Shown here in pieces: positions 1 to 14,594 of a stretch of DNA of 64,000 bases. The notes beneath the pieces are model-generated. The model saw only the letters and a list, made by a program, of their open reading frames with translations. It did no database searches and was not told the DNA's origin. Numbering within the stretch: position 1 is the first letter of the stretch; each line of letters begins with the position of its first letter. The stretch comes from the human T2T-CHM13v2.0 reference genome, Homo sapiens. The position numbers were made by a program, and so were the translations under genes. The DNA lies in NCBI RefSeq assembly GCF_009914755.1, contig NC_060930.1; one strand, given 5' to 3'.

Positions 1-420
1 CTGAGTCCTGCCGATGGTCCTTTGAGCCACCTCTGTGTTCTTCAGTTAAATCATTTTTTTTTTTTTTTTTTTTGAGATAGAGTTTCACTCTGTTGCCCAG
101 GCGGGAGTGCAGTGGCGCCATCTCGGCTCACTGCAGCCTCCGCCTCCCAGGTTCAAGCAATTCTCTGCCTCAGCCTCCTGAGTAGCTGGGATTACAGGCA
201 CCCGCCTGGCTAATTTTTGTATTTTTAGTAGTGACGGGGGTTTCACCATCCTGGCCAGGCTGGTCTTGAACTCCTGACCTCATGATCCACCCGCCTCAGC
301 CTCCCAAAGTGCTGGGATTACAGGCGCAAGCCACCGCACCGAGCCTAAATCATTCTTTGTGTTTAACCTGGTTTGGGTTGATTTTCTATCATTTCCTGCT
401 CATAGTGTCCTAATTCAACA
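1..420 (+). mobile_element. MLT1-type MaLR LTR 3' end, interrupted by an Alu
   Basis: 'tttaacctggtttgggttgattttctatcatttcctgc...gtcctaattca' resembles the MLT1 3' terminus. Confidence 0.5.
54..345 (-). mobile_element. AluS
   Basis: Poly-T followed by antisense Alu dimer; TSD taaatcatt on both sides. Confidence 0.95.
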
Positions 421-678
421 CTCTTCTCTCAATATGCAGCTCTGCCAGCACCTGTCTTTGTTCAAGAGGTCAGCTGCTGAGGCGTGTCTGCATCCCACGT
501 AGACCACATGCCACGCCAGTGCGTGTCCTGTGCCAATCTGCATCTGTCTGCACAACACGGTCTGCATTCTGATCCATGTATTTCAGAAGACATTTCAGCC
601 ATTTATACCTACAATTCTCAAAGTTTAGCTTTTCAGACATATGTATATATTATGTTTATATTGCCTTCGCTTTAGATA

Positions 679-1128
679 TGTAAAAGGAAAATACATCTTG
701 GGGGCCCCAAATCACTAAGCCACAGGGAAAAGTCAAGCTGGGAACTGCTTAGGGCAAGCCTGCCTCCCAGTCTATTCAAAGTCATCCCTCTGCTCACCAA
801 GATAGATGCTATCCGATTGCCTCCTTTGGAAAGGCTAATCAGAAACTCAAAAGAATACAACAGTTTGTCTCTCACCAACCTGTGACCTGGAAGCCCCCTC
901 CATGCTTGAGCTGTCCTGCCTTTCTGGATGGAATCACTATACATCTTACATATATTGATTGATGTCTCATGTCTCCCTAAAATGTATAAAGGCAAGCTGT
1001 GACCCAGCCATCGTGGGCACATCTAGTCAAGACCTCCTGAGGCTGTGTCACGGGTGCACGTCCTCAACCTTGGCAAAAATAAACTTTCTCAATTAACTGA
1101 GACCTGTCTCGGATATTCGGAGTTCACA
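679..1128 (+). mobile_element. Solo ERV1 LTR, MER4A1-like
   Basis: TG...CA termini; 4-bp TSD GATA (675-678 and 1129-1132); MER4 start 'tgtaaaaggaaaatacatcttgggggccccaaatcactaagc'; AATAAA near the 3' end. Confidence 0.9.
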
Positions 1129-2084
1129 GATAGCTCCATTCTAATTGCTAGTACACAAATCCAAGAAAATGTGGAACTTCGGGGAGGACTCCACAATTTG
1201 GGAACTTTTTCTTTCCTGTGATGAAAAGCTTTAATCCTTGTCTTTCGGCAGAAAATGAGTAGCTTGCGCTTAAAATGCAGGCTGGAGAACTTTTTCCTCG
1301 AAGTCTGTCCCTCTCTGATTGACAGTCTCTAGTTGTCACAGCGGGGATTAAAAATAAGCTACTTCCTTCCTCCCTCTTTGGAGTTTTGGTTTTTAACTAT
1401 TTAATCTCCACTATATGTGAACCATAGTCTGACTAAATATTTTGCCTAAGGTATAGCTGATTAATAGATAAGTAGATCTTTTCTCTTTCCATGTATATCC
1501 TAGTAGTCAACACTGTCTCGAAATAATGTACACAAAAATCAAAGGACTAGAAAAATATAAAGTAGTGAGTAGATAATTCAAAGTTAAAGACGACAACCAA
1601 TAAAAGTTGAGATTTAACCGCCTTAAGTTATTTTTTCCTCATCGCTTTGAATAAAAAGCTAAACTGTAGATTCCAGCCGAGTTCCATCTCACTGGGTTCT
1701 GCCTTTTTCTTGGGTGGCTTTGTACATGGAAAACCGATAGAGGCCTTCTCCTAACAAGGGCCACATCACCTGTAATTAATTTCCAGGCTTCCAACCATGA
1801 GCACAGGGAACACCCACACCTTCCCTCCCCTAGCAGCTCCGGGGCAAGCCTGCCCAGCAAAGCAATCTAGAAAGTGATTTCGTTTTCTGACTAATGCAGA
1901 AGAAATCCTCTTATAACGACTTAAGTAAGCTGTCAGTCAAGCAGTATTTATTGAGAGCCACCTTCAGGATATTCAGGAGGGAAACTAATGCTGGAGACAA
2001 TAGAGGAAGCCAGTGCCAAGGGCGTCAGATGCCCCTGAAGGGTCTAAGTAAAATTGCAAAGTGGGAGAACTTTACCTGCCTTCT

Positions 2085-2252
2085 TCCTTTCTTTTTTTTT
2101 ATTTATTTCTTTTCTTTTCTTTTTTATTTTTTTTAAGAGGTGGAGTCTCACTGTGTTGTCCAGGCTGGCCTCAGACTCCTGAGCTCAAAGGATCCTCCTG
2201 CCTTAGCCTCCCAAGTAGCTGGAACTACAGGTACACAGCACCATGACCAGCC
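2085..2252 (-). mobile_element. FLAM (Alu monomer)
   Basis: T-rich tail plus a single antisense Alu left-type monomer. Confidence 0.85.
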
Positions 2253-2348
2253 CCTCTTTCCCTCATGGTTTCTTGCTCTCTCTGCACCTATTCCTTTTCT
2301 AATATAATCAATCTTTTCATGCTGTCCCACTCCCACTCCTAGCCCTGC

Positions 2349-2830
2349 CATTCATTCATTCCTAAAGGCACACATTTATTCATTCAGAAAATATATATAT
2401 TGGCTATCCACTGTGTTCTAGGCACTGTTCTAGTCAGTTGTAATACAGCGGTGAATAAGCAAAAATCCCCAGTCCTCAGAAGCTCTTATCTTAGTGACGG
2501 TAGACAGAGAGAAAGAAACACACAATAGGTGAGATGTTGATAAATGCTGTGTAGAAAAATAAACTAGACTGAAGTGGTCAGAGAGAAGGGGGGCAATGCT
2601 TTTTTTTTAGAGGGTGGTCAAAGAAGGCCTTGCTGAAAACACGATTTTGGGGCAGAAACACAAAAGAAGTGAGGGGGCTAAGGCCTGTGGATATGGGATC
2701 CTGGGGTAAGAGAGTTCAGCCAGAGGAAACCATAGATGTCAACACCATGAGGCAGGAGAGTGCTTGGGATGTTGTAGAAACTGTAACAAATCCAGTGAGG
2801 CTGGGGTCCTGTGAGTGAGAAGGGTGGGAA
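2349..2830 (-). mobile_element. L2 3' fragment
   Basis: 'cattcattcatt...ctgtgttctaggcactgttctag' antisense L2 tail. Confidence 0.7.
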
Positions 2831-4115
2831 GAAATCCCCAGGTGCACATAAGTCTGGGACCTTCAAAGCCCCTTGTTCTCTGTGAAAGGGTAGGCTAGAA
2901 GAAAAGCTTCCCTGACTGTATAACAAAAAGAGCAAACAAGAAATTGATCTCTACCAAGGAAACAGAGGGAAAAAGTCTCTCGTGAGAATTTGTGCCACTA
3001 AATTTGTCTATATGTGGATCTGGGCTTTGAATTTAAATATGTATGCAACTGTTAAATCCCCAAGTTGAGAAATTAAATGAAAGTGGTCTCAGGTTATTAG
3101 TACCACACAGGGCCAAAACCAGACAAATGAAAATCCTCTTTGGAGGAAAATATCTTCATCTCAGACTTCCCAATATTCCCATAGATTCAGTTCTGTCAAA
3201 TATGAGGTCACAATCAAAACGTGTGAAGCATCTGAGGAAGGAAGCCCCATGAACAAGAGTCAGTAGAAATCACAAACAAAAGATTTAGAGCTCCTAATGA
3301 CTGCAGATGTTGGAATTATGAGATATTATATTTTTCAGAGTATAAAATAACTGTGTAAAATGTTTAAAGCAACAAAAGTTGGGATTTTAAAATATCAAAG
3401 GAAAAAGCACTATTAAATATGCCTGGGCAGATTTGAAAAATAACCTAATAGAAATTATAGGAAAAAAGACGGTGATGGTTGAAAGAAGAAACTGAATAGC
3501 TATATGAAAAACAGATAAGTGATAGCTGAAAAGACAATTGGTGAACTGGTAGATGATCTGAATAGATTGTGCATAACTTGACACAAAATAAAAGCAAATG
3601 AAAAATATAAAAGAAAGATTAAGAGATATGCAGTTAAGAGTGAAAGAAAGATCCTAAATCAATATTCTAAAGTTCCCCCTTAAGACACTGGAAAAAGTAG
3701 AGGAAACCAAACCTAAAAAGTAGAGCAAGCAGAAGGAAGGAAATAATAAAGATTAAAGAAGAAATTAGTGAAATATTAAATACAAAAACAATAGAGAAAG
3801 TCAATGAAACCAAAGGATGGCTCCTTGAAAAGACTAAGAAATTGACAAAACTTAAGCTACATTAACCAAGAAAACAGAGAGGAGAATTAAATTACCAGAA
3901 CCAGAAGTGGAAAAGGGAGATTACAATCAATCTTATACAAATAAAAGGTTCATAAAGAATACTATAACCAATTGTATGCCACTAAATTGGATAACTTAGA
4001 TGAGATGGACAAATTCCTAGGAAGACACAAACTACTGAAACTGACTTAAGAAATAGACAATCTGAGTAGACACATAACAAATAAAGAGATTGAATTTACA
4101 ATTTTTTAAAAAACT

Positions 4116-4187
4116 AAGACTATGCTTTCAGGGATCATTTCTATGGTTTGTTACTAGAGAAGTTTATCTGAATGTGTGGAGCACCAA
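4116..4187 (+). pseudogene. 3'-truncated U3 snoRNA retrocopy (U3 nt 1 to ~70), 5' part of a U3-L1 chimera
   Basis: aagactatgctttcagggatcatttctatggtttgttactagagaagtttatctgaatgtgtggagcacc matches the U3 (SNORD3) 5' domain with boxes A' and A; about 64/70 identity to human U3 as recalled. Confidence 0.92.
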
Positions 4188-7100
4188 CGGTCTCAAATTA
4201 ATGATCTAACATCACACCTAGAGGAACTAGAAAAACAAGAGCAAACTAACTCCAAGACTAGTAGAAGAAAAGAAATAACTAAAATCAGAGCAGAACTGAA
4301 TGAAATTGAGAACCAAAAATTCACCTAAAGGATCAAAGAAACCAAAAGTTGGTTCTCTGAAAGGATAAATAAGATTGATAGGCCACTAGCTAGATTAACA
4401 AAGAAGAGAGAAGATCAAATAATGATAATCAGAAATGACAAAGGTGACATTACAACCAATCCTACAGAAATACAAAATATTCTCAGACACTTTTATGAAC
4501 ATCTTTCTGCACACAAACTAGAAAATGTAGAGGAAATGGATAAATTTGGGGAAACACACAACCTCCCAAGATTCAATCAGATAGAAATTGAAACTTTGAA
4601 CATACCAATATTGAGTTACAAAATTGAATCAGTAATAAAAAACATAGTAACCAAAAAAGCCCTGTACGAGATGAATTCACAGCTGAATTCTACCAGATAA
4701 AGAGCTGGTACCACTTCTACTGAAACTATTACAGAAAAATCAAGGAAAAGGGATTCCTCCTTAACTCATTCTATGAAGCCACCATCACCCTGATACCAAA
4801 ACCTGTCAAAGACACATGATAAAAGAAAACTACAGGCTAATATCTGTGATGAACATAGATGCAAAAGTCTTCAAAAAATGCTTGCAAACTGAATCCAGCA
4901 GCACATCAGAAAGTTAATTCACCATGACCAAGTAGACTTCATTCCTGGAATGCAAAGTTGGTTCAACATACACAAATCAATAAATGTGATTCACCATATA
5001 AACAAAATTAAAAACAAAAACCATATGATCATCTCAATAGACACAGAAAAGGCTTTTGATGAAATCCAACGTCCTCCATGATAAAAACCCTCAACAAACT
5101 AGTCATCAAAGGAACATACCTCAAAATGAGAGCTATCTATGACAAACCCACAGCTAACATCATACTGAATGGGCAAAAACTGGAAGCATTCCCCTAAAGA
5201 ACAGGAACAAGGCAAGGATGACCACTCTCAGCACTCCTATTCAATATAGTACTGGAAGTCCTAGCCAGAGCAACCAAGCAAAAGAAAGAAAAAAAGCCAT
5301 CCAAATAGGAAAAGAAGAAGTCAAATTATCTCTTTGCTGATGATATAATTCTATACCTAGGAAGCCCTAGAGACTCCACCAAAATAATTTTAGAACCGAT
5401 AAATGATTTCAGTCAAGTTTCAGGATACAAAATCAATGTGCAAAAATCAGTAACATTTCTATACACCAATAACATTCAAGCTAAGAGACAAATCAAGAAT
5501 GCAATCCCATTTACAATAACCACAAAAAATGTAAAATACCTAGGGTTACATCTAACCAAGGAAATGAAAGATCTCTACAAGGAGAACTGTAAAACACTGC
5601 CAAAAGAAATCATAGATGACACAAACAAATGAAAAAACATTCCATGCTCATGGATTGGAAGAATCAATATCATTAAAATGGCCACACTACCCAAAGCAAT
5701 CTATAGATTCAACACGATTCCTATCAAACTATCAAGATCGTTTTTCACAGAATTAGAAAAAAATTTCTAAAATTCATATGGAACCAAAAAAGTACCTGAA
5801 TAGCCAAAGGAATCCTAACCAAAAAGAACAAAGCTGAAGGCATCACACTACCCAACTTCAGACTCTACTATAATACTACAGTAACCCAAACGGCATAGTA
5901 CTGGTACAAATACAGAAATATAGACCAATGGAACAGAATAGAGAACAGAAATAAAGCCACATACCTACAACCGTCTGATCTTCAACAAAACTGACAAAAA
6001 TAAGCAATGCGAAAAGACTGTCTATTCAATAAATGGTGCTGGGATAACTGGTGAGCCATATGCAAAGGAATGAAATTGGACCCCTACCACTCACTACACA
6101 AAAATTAACTCAAAGTGGGTTAAAGATTTAAATGTAAGACCTGAAACTATAAAAATCCTGGAGGAAAACCTAGGAAATACCCTTCTCGACACTGGCCTTG
6201 GCAAATAATTTATGGTTAAGTCCTCAAAAGCAATTGCAACAAAAACAGAAATTGGCAAGTGGGACCTAATTAAACTAAAGAGCTTCCACACAATGAAAGA
6301 AACTATAATAAACAGAGTAAACAACCAACCGAATGGGAGGATATATTTGCTAACTGTGCATCCAATAAAGGTCCAATATTCAGAATCTATAAGGATCTTA
6401 AATAAATCAACAAGAAAAAAACAACCCCATTTAAAAGTGGGCAAAGGACATGAACAGACACTTACCAAAAGAAGACATACAAGCAGCCAACAAACATATG
6501 AAAAATGCTCATCACTCATCAGTAGAGAAATGCAAATAAAAACTGCAAATAAAAACTTTTTAGTATTAGCCATTCTGACTGGCTACTACTACTACATCTC
6601 ATACTAGTCAGACTGGCTACCACTAAAACGTCAAACAAAAAGAGATGCAGAAGAGGCTGCAGAAAAGAGGGGATGTTTATACACTTCAGGTTGGAATGTA
6701 AGTTAGTTCAGCCACTGCGGAAAGCAGTTTGGAGATTTCTCAAAGAACTTAAATCAGCACTCCACCCAACAATTCCATTAGTAGAGAAATACCCAAAGGA
6801 ATATAAATCATTCTACCAAAAATACACATGCATTTGTATGTTCATTGCAGCACTATTCACAATAGCAAAGATAGGGAGTCAACCTAGGTGCCCATCAACA
6901 GTGGGCTGGATAAAGAAAATGGGGTACACATACACCATGAAATACTATGCAGCCATGAAAAGGAGAAATTCATACTATTTGCTGCAACATGGAAGCAGTT
7001 AGAGACCATTATCCTAAGTGAATTAATGCAGTAACAGAAAACCAAATACTGCATGTTCTCACTTACAAGTGGAAGCTAAACACTGAGTACACATGGACAT

Positions 7101-7300
7101 AAAGATGAGAGCAATGGACTCTGGGGACTGCAGGAGCGGGAGGAGCAGGAGGTGGGTGAGGACCGAGAGACTGCCTACTGCGTGCTGTGCTCACTGCCCG
7201 AGTGACAGGATCATCTGCTCTCCAAACCTGAGTGTCACACAGTGTTCCCGTATGACAGACCTGCACATGTACCCCCTGAATCTAAATTAAAAGTTGAGAT
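4188..7300 (+). mobile_element. 5'-truncated L1PB/L1PA16-type LINE-1 (ORF2 remnant plus 3' UTR)
   Basis: ORF 4422-4700 ([16 protein letters not shown]...) and 5438-5632 are L1 ORF2 pieces with frameshifts and stops; 3' end 'cacatgtaccccctgaatctaaattaaaagttg'. Confidence 0.93.
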
Positions 7301-9547
7301 AATTTTTTTAAAAAAACTACCCACAAAGGAAAGTCCAGGCCCAGGTGGCTTCGCCACTGAAATTGATCAAACATTAAGGAATTAGTACCAATAATTCATA
7401 AACTTTTCCCAAAAAATACAAGAGGAAAGAACACCTCCCAGCTCATTCTATGAGTCTGGTATTAACTGGACTAATAGTAAACTAGACAAAGGCATTGCAA
7501 GAAAATCAAAGAACATTATCTCATGAATATGAATGCAAAAATTCTCAACAAAGTACTAACCAAATCTGGCAATGTATGAAAAGAATGATGCACCATGACA
7601 AGTGGGATTTATCCTAGGATATAAGGTTGGGTTACCATCCAAAAATCAACTAATGAAAAACACCATAGCAATGGAAAGCAACATCCACAAGATCATCTCA
7701 ATAGATGCAGAAAAGATGTCTGACAAAACCCAACATCATTTTAGGATTAAACACACTCAACAAGCTGAGAAGAGAAGATAATTTATTCAACTTGATAAAG
7801 GGCATCTATGAAAAAACCCACAGCTAAATCTGTAATTAATGATGAAAGACAGGACACTTTCCTCCTAAGATTAAGAAAAGTACAAAGATGTCTGTTCTCA
7901 CCACTTCTATGCAACATAGAATAGCTGTGGCAATTAGGCAAGAAAAGAAAAGGCATCCATATTGGAAAGGACAAAGTAAAACTAACGTTTTCATAGATAA
8001 CATGATCTTGTATCTAGAAAATCTTAATGACTTCACTAAAAATTACTAGGACTAATAAATGTGCTCATCAAGGTGATGAACATAAGATCAATATACAAAA
8101 ATCAATTGTATTTCTATACTTTCACAACGAACCATCCAAAAATACAACATTCTTTAAAAAATAATTCCATTTACAATAGCTTTGAAAAGAATAAAACACC
8201 TAGGAACAAATTTCACAAAAGAAATTTACAATATACACTTCTGAAACTATAAAACATTGTTGAAAAAAGTTAAAGAAGATGTAAATAAATGAAAGTATAT
8301 CTGACGTTCATGAATTGGAAGACTTAGCATTGTTAAGATGGCAATATTCCCCAAATTGATGTACAGATTCAATGCAATTTCTATCAGAATCCCAGAACCG
8401 ACTTCTTTGTAGAAATTGACAAGCTGATTCCAAAACTGGTATGGGATTACAAATGATCCAGAATAGCCAAAACAATCTTAAAGAAGAACAACAAAGTTGT
8501 CGGACTCACATTTCCTGATTTCAAAACTTTTACAAAGCAACAGTAGTCAAGACAGTGTGGTACTAGCATAAGGATAGACATACAGATTTGTGGAATCGAA
8601 TCGAGAGTCTAGAAATAAAACTGTGTGTCTATGGCCACATGATTTTTGAAAAACGTAAAACACCATTCAATGGGGAAAACATAGTCTTTCCAACAAATGA
8701 CACTGGGACCACTGGGTAAACATATATGCAAAAGAATGAAACTGAACTCTTATCTCACACCATACACAAAAATTAACTCAAAATGAATGACAGTCATAAA
8801 TATTATAAGAGTTTTACAGCTAAGAAAACTGAGGGGTCTTCATGACCTCAGATTTGACAACGGATTCTTATATGTGACACAAAGGCAACAAAGAAAATAT
8901 ACGTAAATTGGAGTTCATAAATATTAAAAACTTGCACTTCAAAGGATGCAATTAAGAAACTGAAAATACAATGTCTTCCACAGCATGGAAGAAAATATTT
9001 GCAAATCATATATTTGATAAGGGATGTTCATCTAGAAGGTATAAAAAACACACTTCAAAAATAAAGAGGCAAGTAAGCCAATTTAAAAATTAGCCAAAGG
9101 ATCAAAACAGACATTTTTCTGAGGAAAATATGCAAATTGCCAATAAACACATGAAAAGGTGATTGACATCATTAGTCATCAAGGTAATGTAAATCAAAAC
9201 CACTATGAGTGACCAGTGCACAACCAGCAGGGTGGCTAGAATCCAAAAGTCAGATAATAACACGCGTTGGTGGGGATGGATAGAAACTGGAAACCACACA
9301 CACTGCTGGTGGGAAAGTAAAATGGCAGAAAGCAAACTGCCAGTTCCTAAAATGATTAAACATGAATTTACCAGATGACCCAGCAATTCCACTTCTAAGA
9401 ATATATTCAAGAGAAATGAAAACATATGTCCACACAAAAACTTGTACATGAATTTTATATCAGCATTAGTCATAAAAGCCAAAAGCTGCAAACAATCCAA
9501 ATGTGAATCAACTGATGAATGGATAAACAAAATGTGGTATATCCTTA

Positions 9548-10199
<652 letters not shown>

Positions 10200-10404
10200 T
10201 GAAGCATTGACACATGCCACAACATGAATAACCTGGAACATATTATGCTCAGCTACAGAATACAAATACAAATACAGAATACAAATACAAAAGGACACAT
10301 ACTGCATGATTCCATTTATATGAAATGTCCAGAATAGGTAAATCCATAGAGATAAAAAACAGACTAATGGTTGCCAGGTGCTGGGAGAACGGGGAAATGG
10401 AGAG

Positions 10405-11148
<744 letters not shown>

Positions 11149-11959
11149 GAGTGACTGCTAACAGTTAAAGTTTCTTTTTGAGGTTATGAAAATGTCCTAA
11201 AATTGACTGTGGTGATGATAGCACATATCTGTGAATATACTAAAAAACATTTAATTATATACTCTAAATAGGGGAATTGTGTGGTATGCAAATTATATCT
11301 CAATAAAGCTATCTAAAATGCAAAAAGAATTAAGATTCAACAAACCCCCAGTAGAACATCTAAGAGATATACAGGAAGAAGAGGGAAAATTATCCCAGAA
11401 GGAAGATCTGAAGGTAAGAAGAAACAGTTAGTATGAGCTGGAAATTAAGTCCTGTATGTCAGATACTTCATTTTGCTCACTGTTGAGTCAGGCCTATAGT
11501 AACTGTTCAAAAAATATACGTTTGATAAACAGTTTGATGTGCAAACAAATTAGTAAATAGAGGCACAAATAGAAATAAATATCTTTATTGAATAATAATG
11601 TTGAATTTTGTGATTAGAAAATAAGATATAACGAAAATACCAGACAATAGCATTGTAAGCTGGAAGAGTACGGCCAAAGCTAGAGCAATGAAAGGTCTTG
11701 GAATTTTTGAAACATAGGCTAAAGATATGGAATAATTTTGGACTTCATAAGTTAAATGTGCATGAAAAATATTTCAAAAGTAACCATTACGAGAATAAAG
11801 AGGGTATATAACTTCCTAGCTAATTAAGCAAAAACTTGGGGGAAAAAAAGCTCAATCCAATAGAATGCTGGAAATGAGAAAACTATAGACAAAGTGGAAC
11901 ATTTAGAAAGCAAAAAGAGAGAGAGGACAGAAAAATTCAAACACACCAGAAATAGATTT

Positions 11960-12285
11960 TTCTATTTAATCTTTTATCTTATAATTGTTATTATTTTTTT
12001 GAGACAGGGTCTCGCTCTGTCACCCAGACTGGAGTGCAGTGGCACAATCACAGCTCAACCTCTCGGCTCAAGCCATCCTCCCACCTCAGCCTCCTGAGTA
12101 GCTGAGTAGCTGGGATCACAGGCATGTGCCACCACACCCAGCCAATTTTTTTTATTTTTATTTTTAATAGAGGTGGGGTTTCATTATGTGGCCCAGGCTA
12201 GTCTAGAACTCCTGGGCTCAAGCAATCTGCCTGCTTCGTCCTCCCAGAGTGCTGGGATTACAGGTGCGAGCCACTGCATCCGGCC
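11960..12285 (-). mobile_element. AluJ
   Basis: Antisense dimer; TSD agaaatagattt. Confidence 0.92.
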
Positions 12286-12413
12286 AGAAATAGATTTAAA
12301 TAGCCTAAATCTTCCATTTAAAAGACAGATTGTTATATTAGATTAAAAGCAAATCCAGCTAAATGTTACTTAAAGATACATACCTAAAACGTAAGAAGAC
12401 AGAAAGACATTTA

Positions 12414-12719
12414 TAGACAGTGCAGCCCAAACTCTTAACCCAAACCCTAGAGCCAAATGTGTTTCAAATTCAGATTAATTTAAGAAATTAATATAGGGTC
12501 TATGTTATACATTAACACAGTGGAGTTTGAGGCAGCACCCCATAATCAAACACAGTAATATTTCTGAAAGAAACATAAATATTCACACTAAGTAGAATAA
12601 ATAAGACTATAGTGTTACATTGGCATAGATCAGGTTTTGCTGCCAAAAGAATTATAAAAATAACTTTGTTTTCCAAGCTTTTTGGTTTTCAGAACTGCAG
12701 ATATGGAATCACAGACCTG
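12414..12719. mobile_element. TcMar-Tigger MITE (MER46C-like)
   Basis: End 'gctttttggttttcagaactgcagatatggaatcacagacctg' resembles the Tigger4/MER46 terminus. Confidence 0.55.
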
Positions 12720-13099
12720 AACCAGGCAAATATTAGCCAAAAGAGAGCTGGCGTACTCATGGAATATCAAACAAACGAGCTTCTCAGGAAAACAACATTA
12801 TTAGGGTTTACCTTACGTGAAAGTGTTTGCCAGAGCCTCAACTCTCCAGGAAGATATAATTCCATATTTATAGACTTTATTGATATAGCCTCCAAACATA
12901 TGAAGACAAATTGATAATATAAGGAAATCTGGGTGTACACACCAAATCATTTTCAATTTATTATTTTCTGCCTGTTCCATATTTCAGTGTGTGTCTTGTC
13001 TTCCCAGCTACACTATAATAAATAAGCGATGAGCGGGTGGGGAGGCAGGAGGGAAGGGAGCTTTCGTGCAATGACTTCCGCAAAAGGCTCTGGCCCAGC

Positions 13100-13265
13100 T
13101 TACATACTCATTGACTCCTTTGAGTTACCTGACCCTACAAAGTGGGAATTGTTGTCTTTTTGTTGCAACAAGAGAGATTAAATAATTTGCCTAAAGTCAC
13201 AGTAAGTGTCAGAGTTTAGATTTAAGTTCAGTTCTCTTTGACTCCAAAGATCCAAAACCTTTTCA
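13100..13265 (-). mobile_element. MIR
   Basis: 'agagattaaataatttgcctaaagtcacag...gatttaagttcag...tgactccaaag'. Confidence 0.65.
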
Positions 13266-13299
13266 GTGTATCATAAAATAAGCCTGAGACGTTGACCCT

Positions 13300-14560
13300 T
13301 GATTTAGTGAAATTAAAATGGCAGCCATTATATATGACGGATTGCAATCAGGAGTAGGGTCTCCGCATACCATCCATGATCATTTTCCAGGAGGCATAGT
13401 ATCAAGTGTCCATGCATGAGCGACACATGCTGAGAGCTTACACAATCATTCTACATCACCTCCAAACCTCATTTTCCCACTGACCTTCAGACAGCTTCTG
13501 AATGAGAGGAATTCAAAATCCCAAGACATTCTGTTATTTCTCATCCTTAAACATACATTTTTTATGCTTTTAACACAAAAATGGGGAGTTTTCTGGATAA
13601 GGAGTGAACTTCGAATTTAAAATGTAAAGCCTTTTTAAACCTATTTAAATTTTTTTCTATTTCCATTCGCTAATTATCCTCCATAAAATAGAAAGAGAAA
13701 ATAATTATAACTAAAATTGGTCACAGTAACAGCAGTGGGCATAAAAATACACGGTCAAAAAATAAAGTCTAGAAATAAAAACAACACATTTGCCCTTATG
13801 TTTAAAGAACATCAGAGACTACTCAAGAACTAGGATCATGCAGGGAGTACTTCTCCTCACCCCGGATGTCAGGGAATGCTCTAGACAAAACACTGTTCCC
13901 GTCTCACAAAGCATCTTGAAGATGGAGACGTGCATACTCACAGTTCACCACAAGAGGGCGGTCATCAAAAGGGAAAGGTCACCCTGCCCTAAGCCCACAC
14001 CGGAAGGGTGAATCCATGTTTAAGGAGGTTGAAGGTATTTTTATAATCATGGGCTGCTCCTGGAATTGATAAAACACGATCCAAATTAAGATCTGCTTTT
14101 CTTCAGTACTATTTTTATGTTGTTAATCCCATTTCAATAATAAATTCTTAGAGATAGTGTATAAAGAATAACAAATTTTCCTGTCTATAGAGTAAAATAG
14201 AAGCCACATGAACTACCCACACAAGGCAATTCCAGTGTCAGCAGTAAATGGATTTTATTTTCGGTAAACTTTGCTGAAAAGTGGAGACTAAAAGGGATTC
14301 AACCTGCATATACCTTTTTTAAAAATGTGAATTTAAGCCTTGTATTCCTTATAAACTATTGAGAAGTGAAAATGAGTTTACATTCCAGTTTTATTATCTT
14401 TTCAAAGGGTGCAAGTATAGCAGCAGTCTTAGCCTCTTTATCAACCCATATCGTCAGCACTAGGTTGCTCTTGCATAACTCATTCTTTCAAATGGCTTCC
14501 ACTGACAAATGCAACCCACAGATCTGATCTTTTCAATGTACCAGCCAACCAAGAATCTGC
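13300..14560. promoter_or_regulatory. Repeat-free block, candidate enhancer or lncRNA exon
   Basis: About 1.3 kb without recognisable repeat; retained CpGs; ETS-, C/EBP- and nuclear-receptor-like motifs (motif inspection only). Confidence 0.3.
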
Positions 14561-14594
14561 CGAGCTTCTTGGCACCAGCCAACTAGGACGTGGC

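Noticed and set aside
4116-4187. Functional U3 snoRNA gene
   Set aside because: Only the 5' third is present; boxes B, C and D and the snRNA-type promoter are absent.
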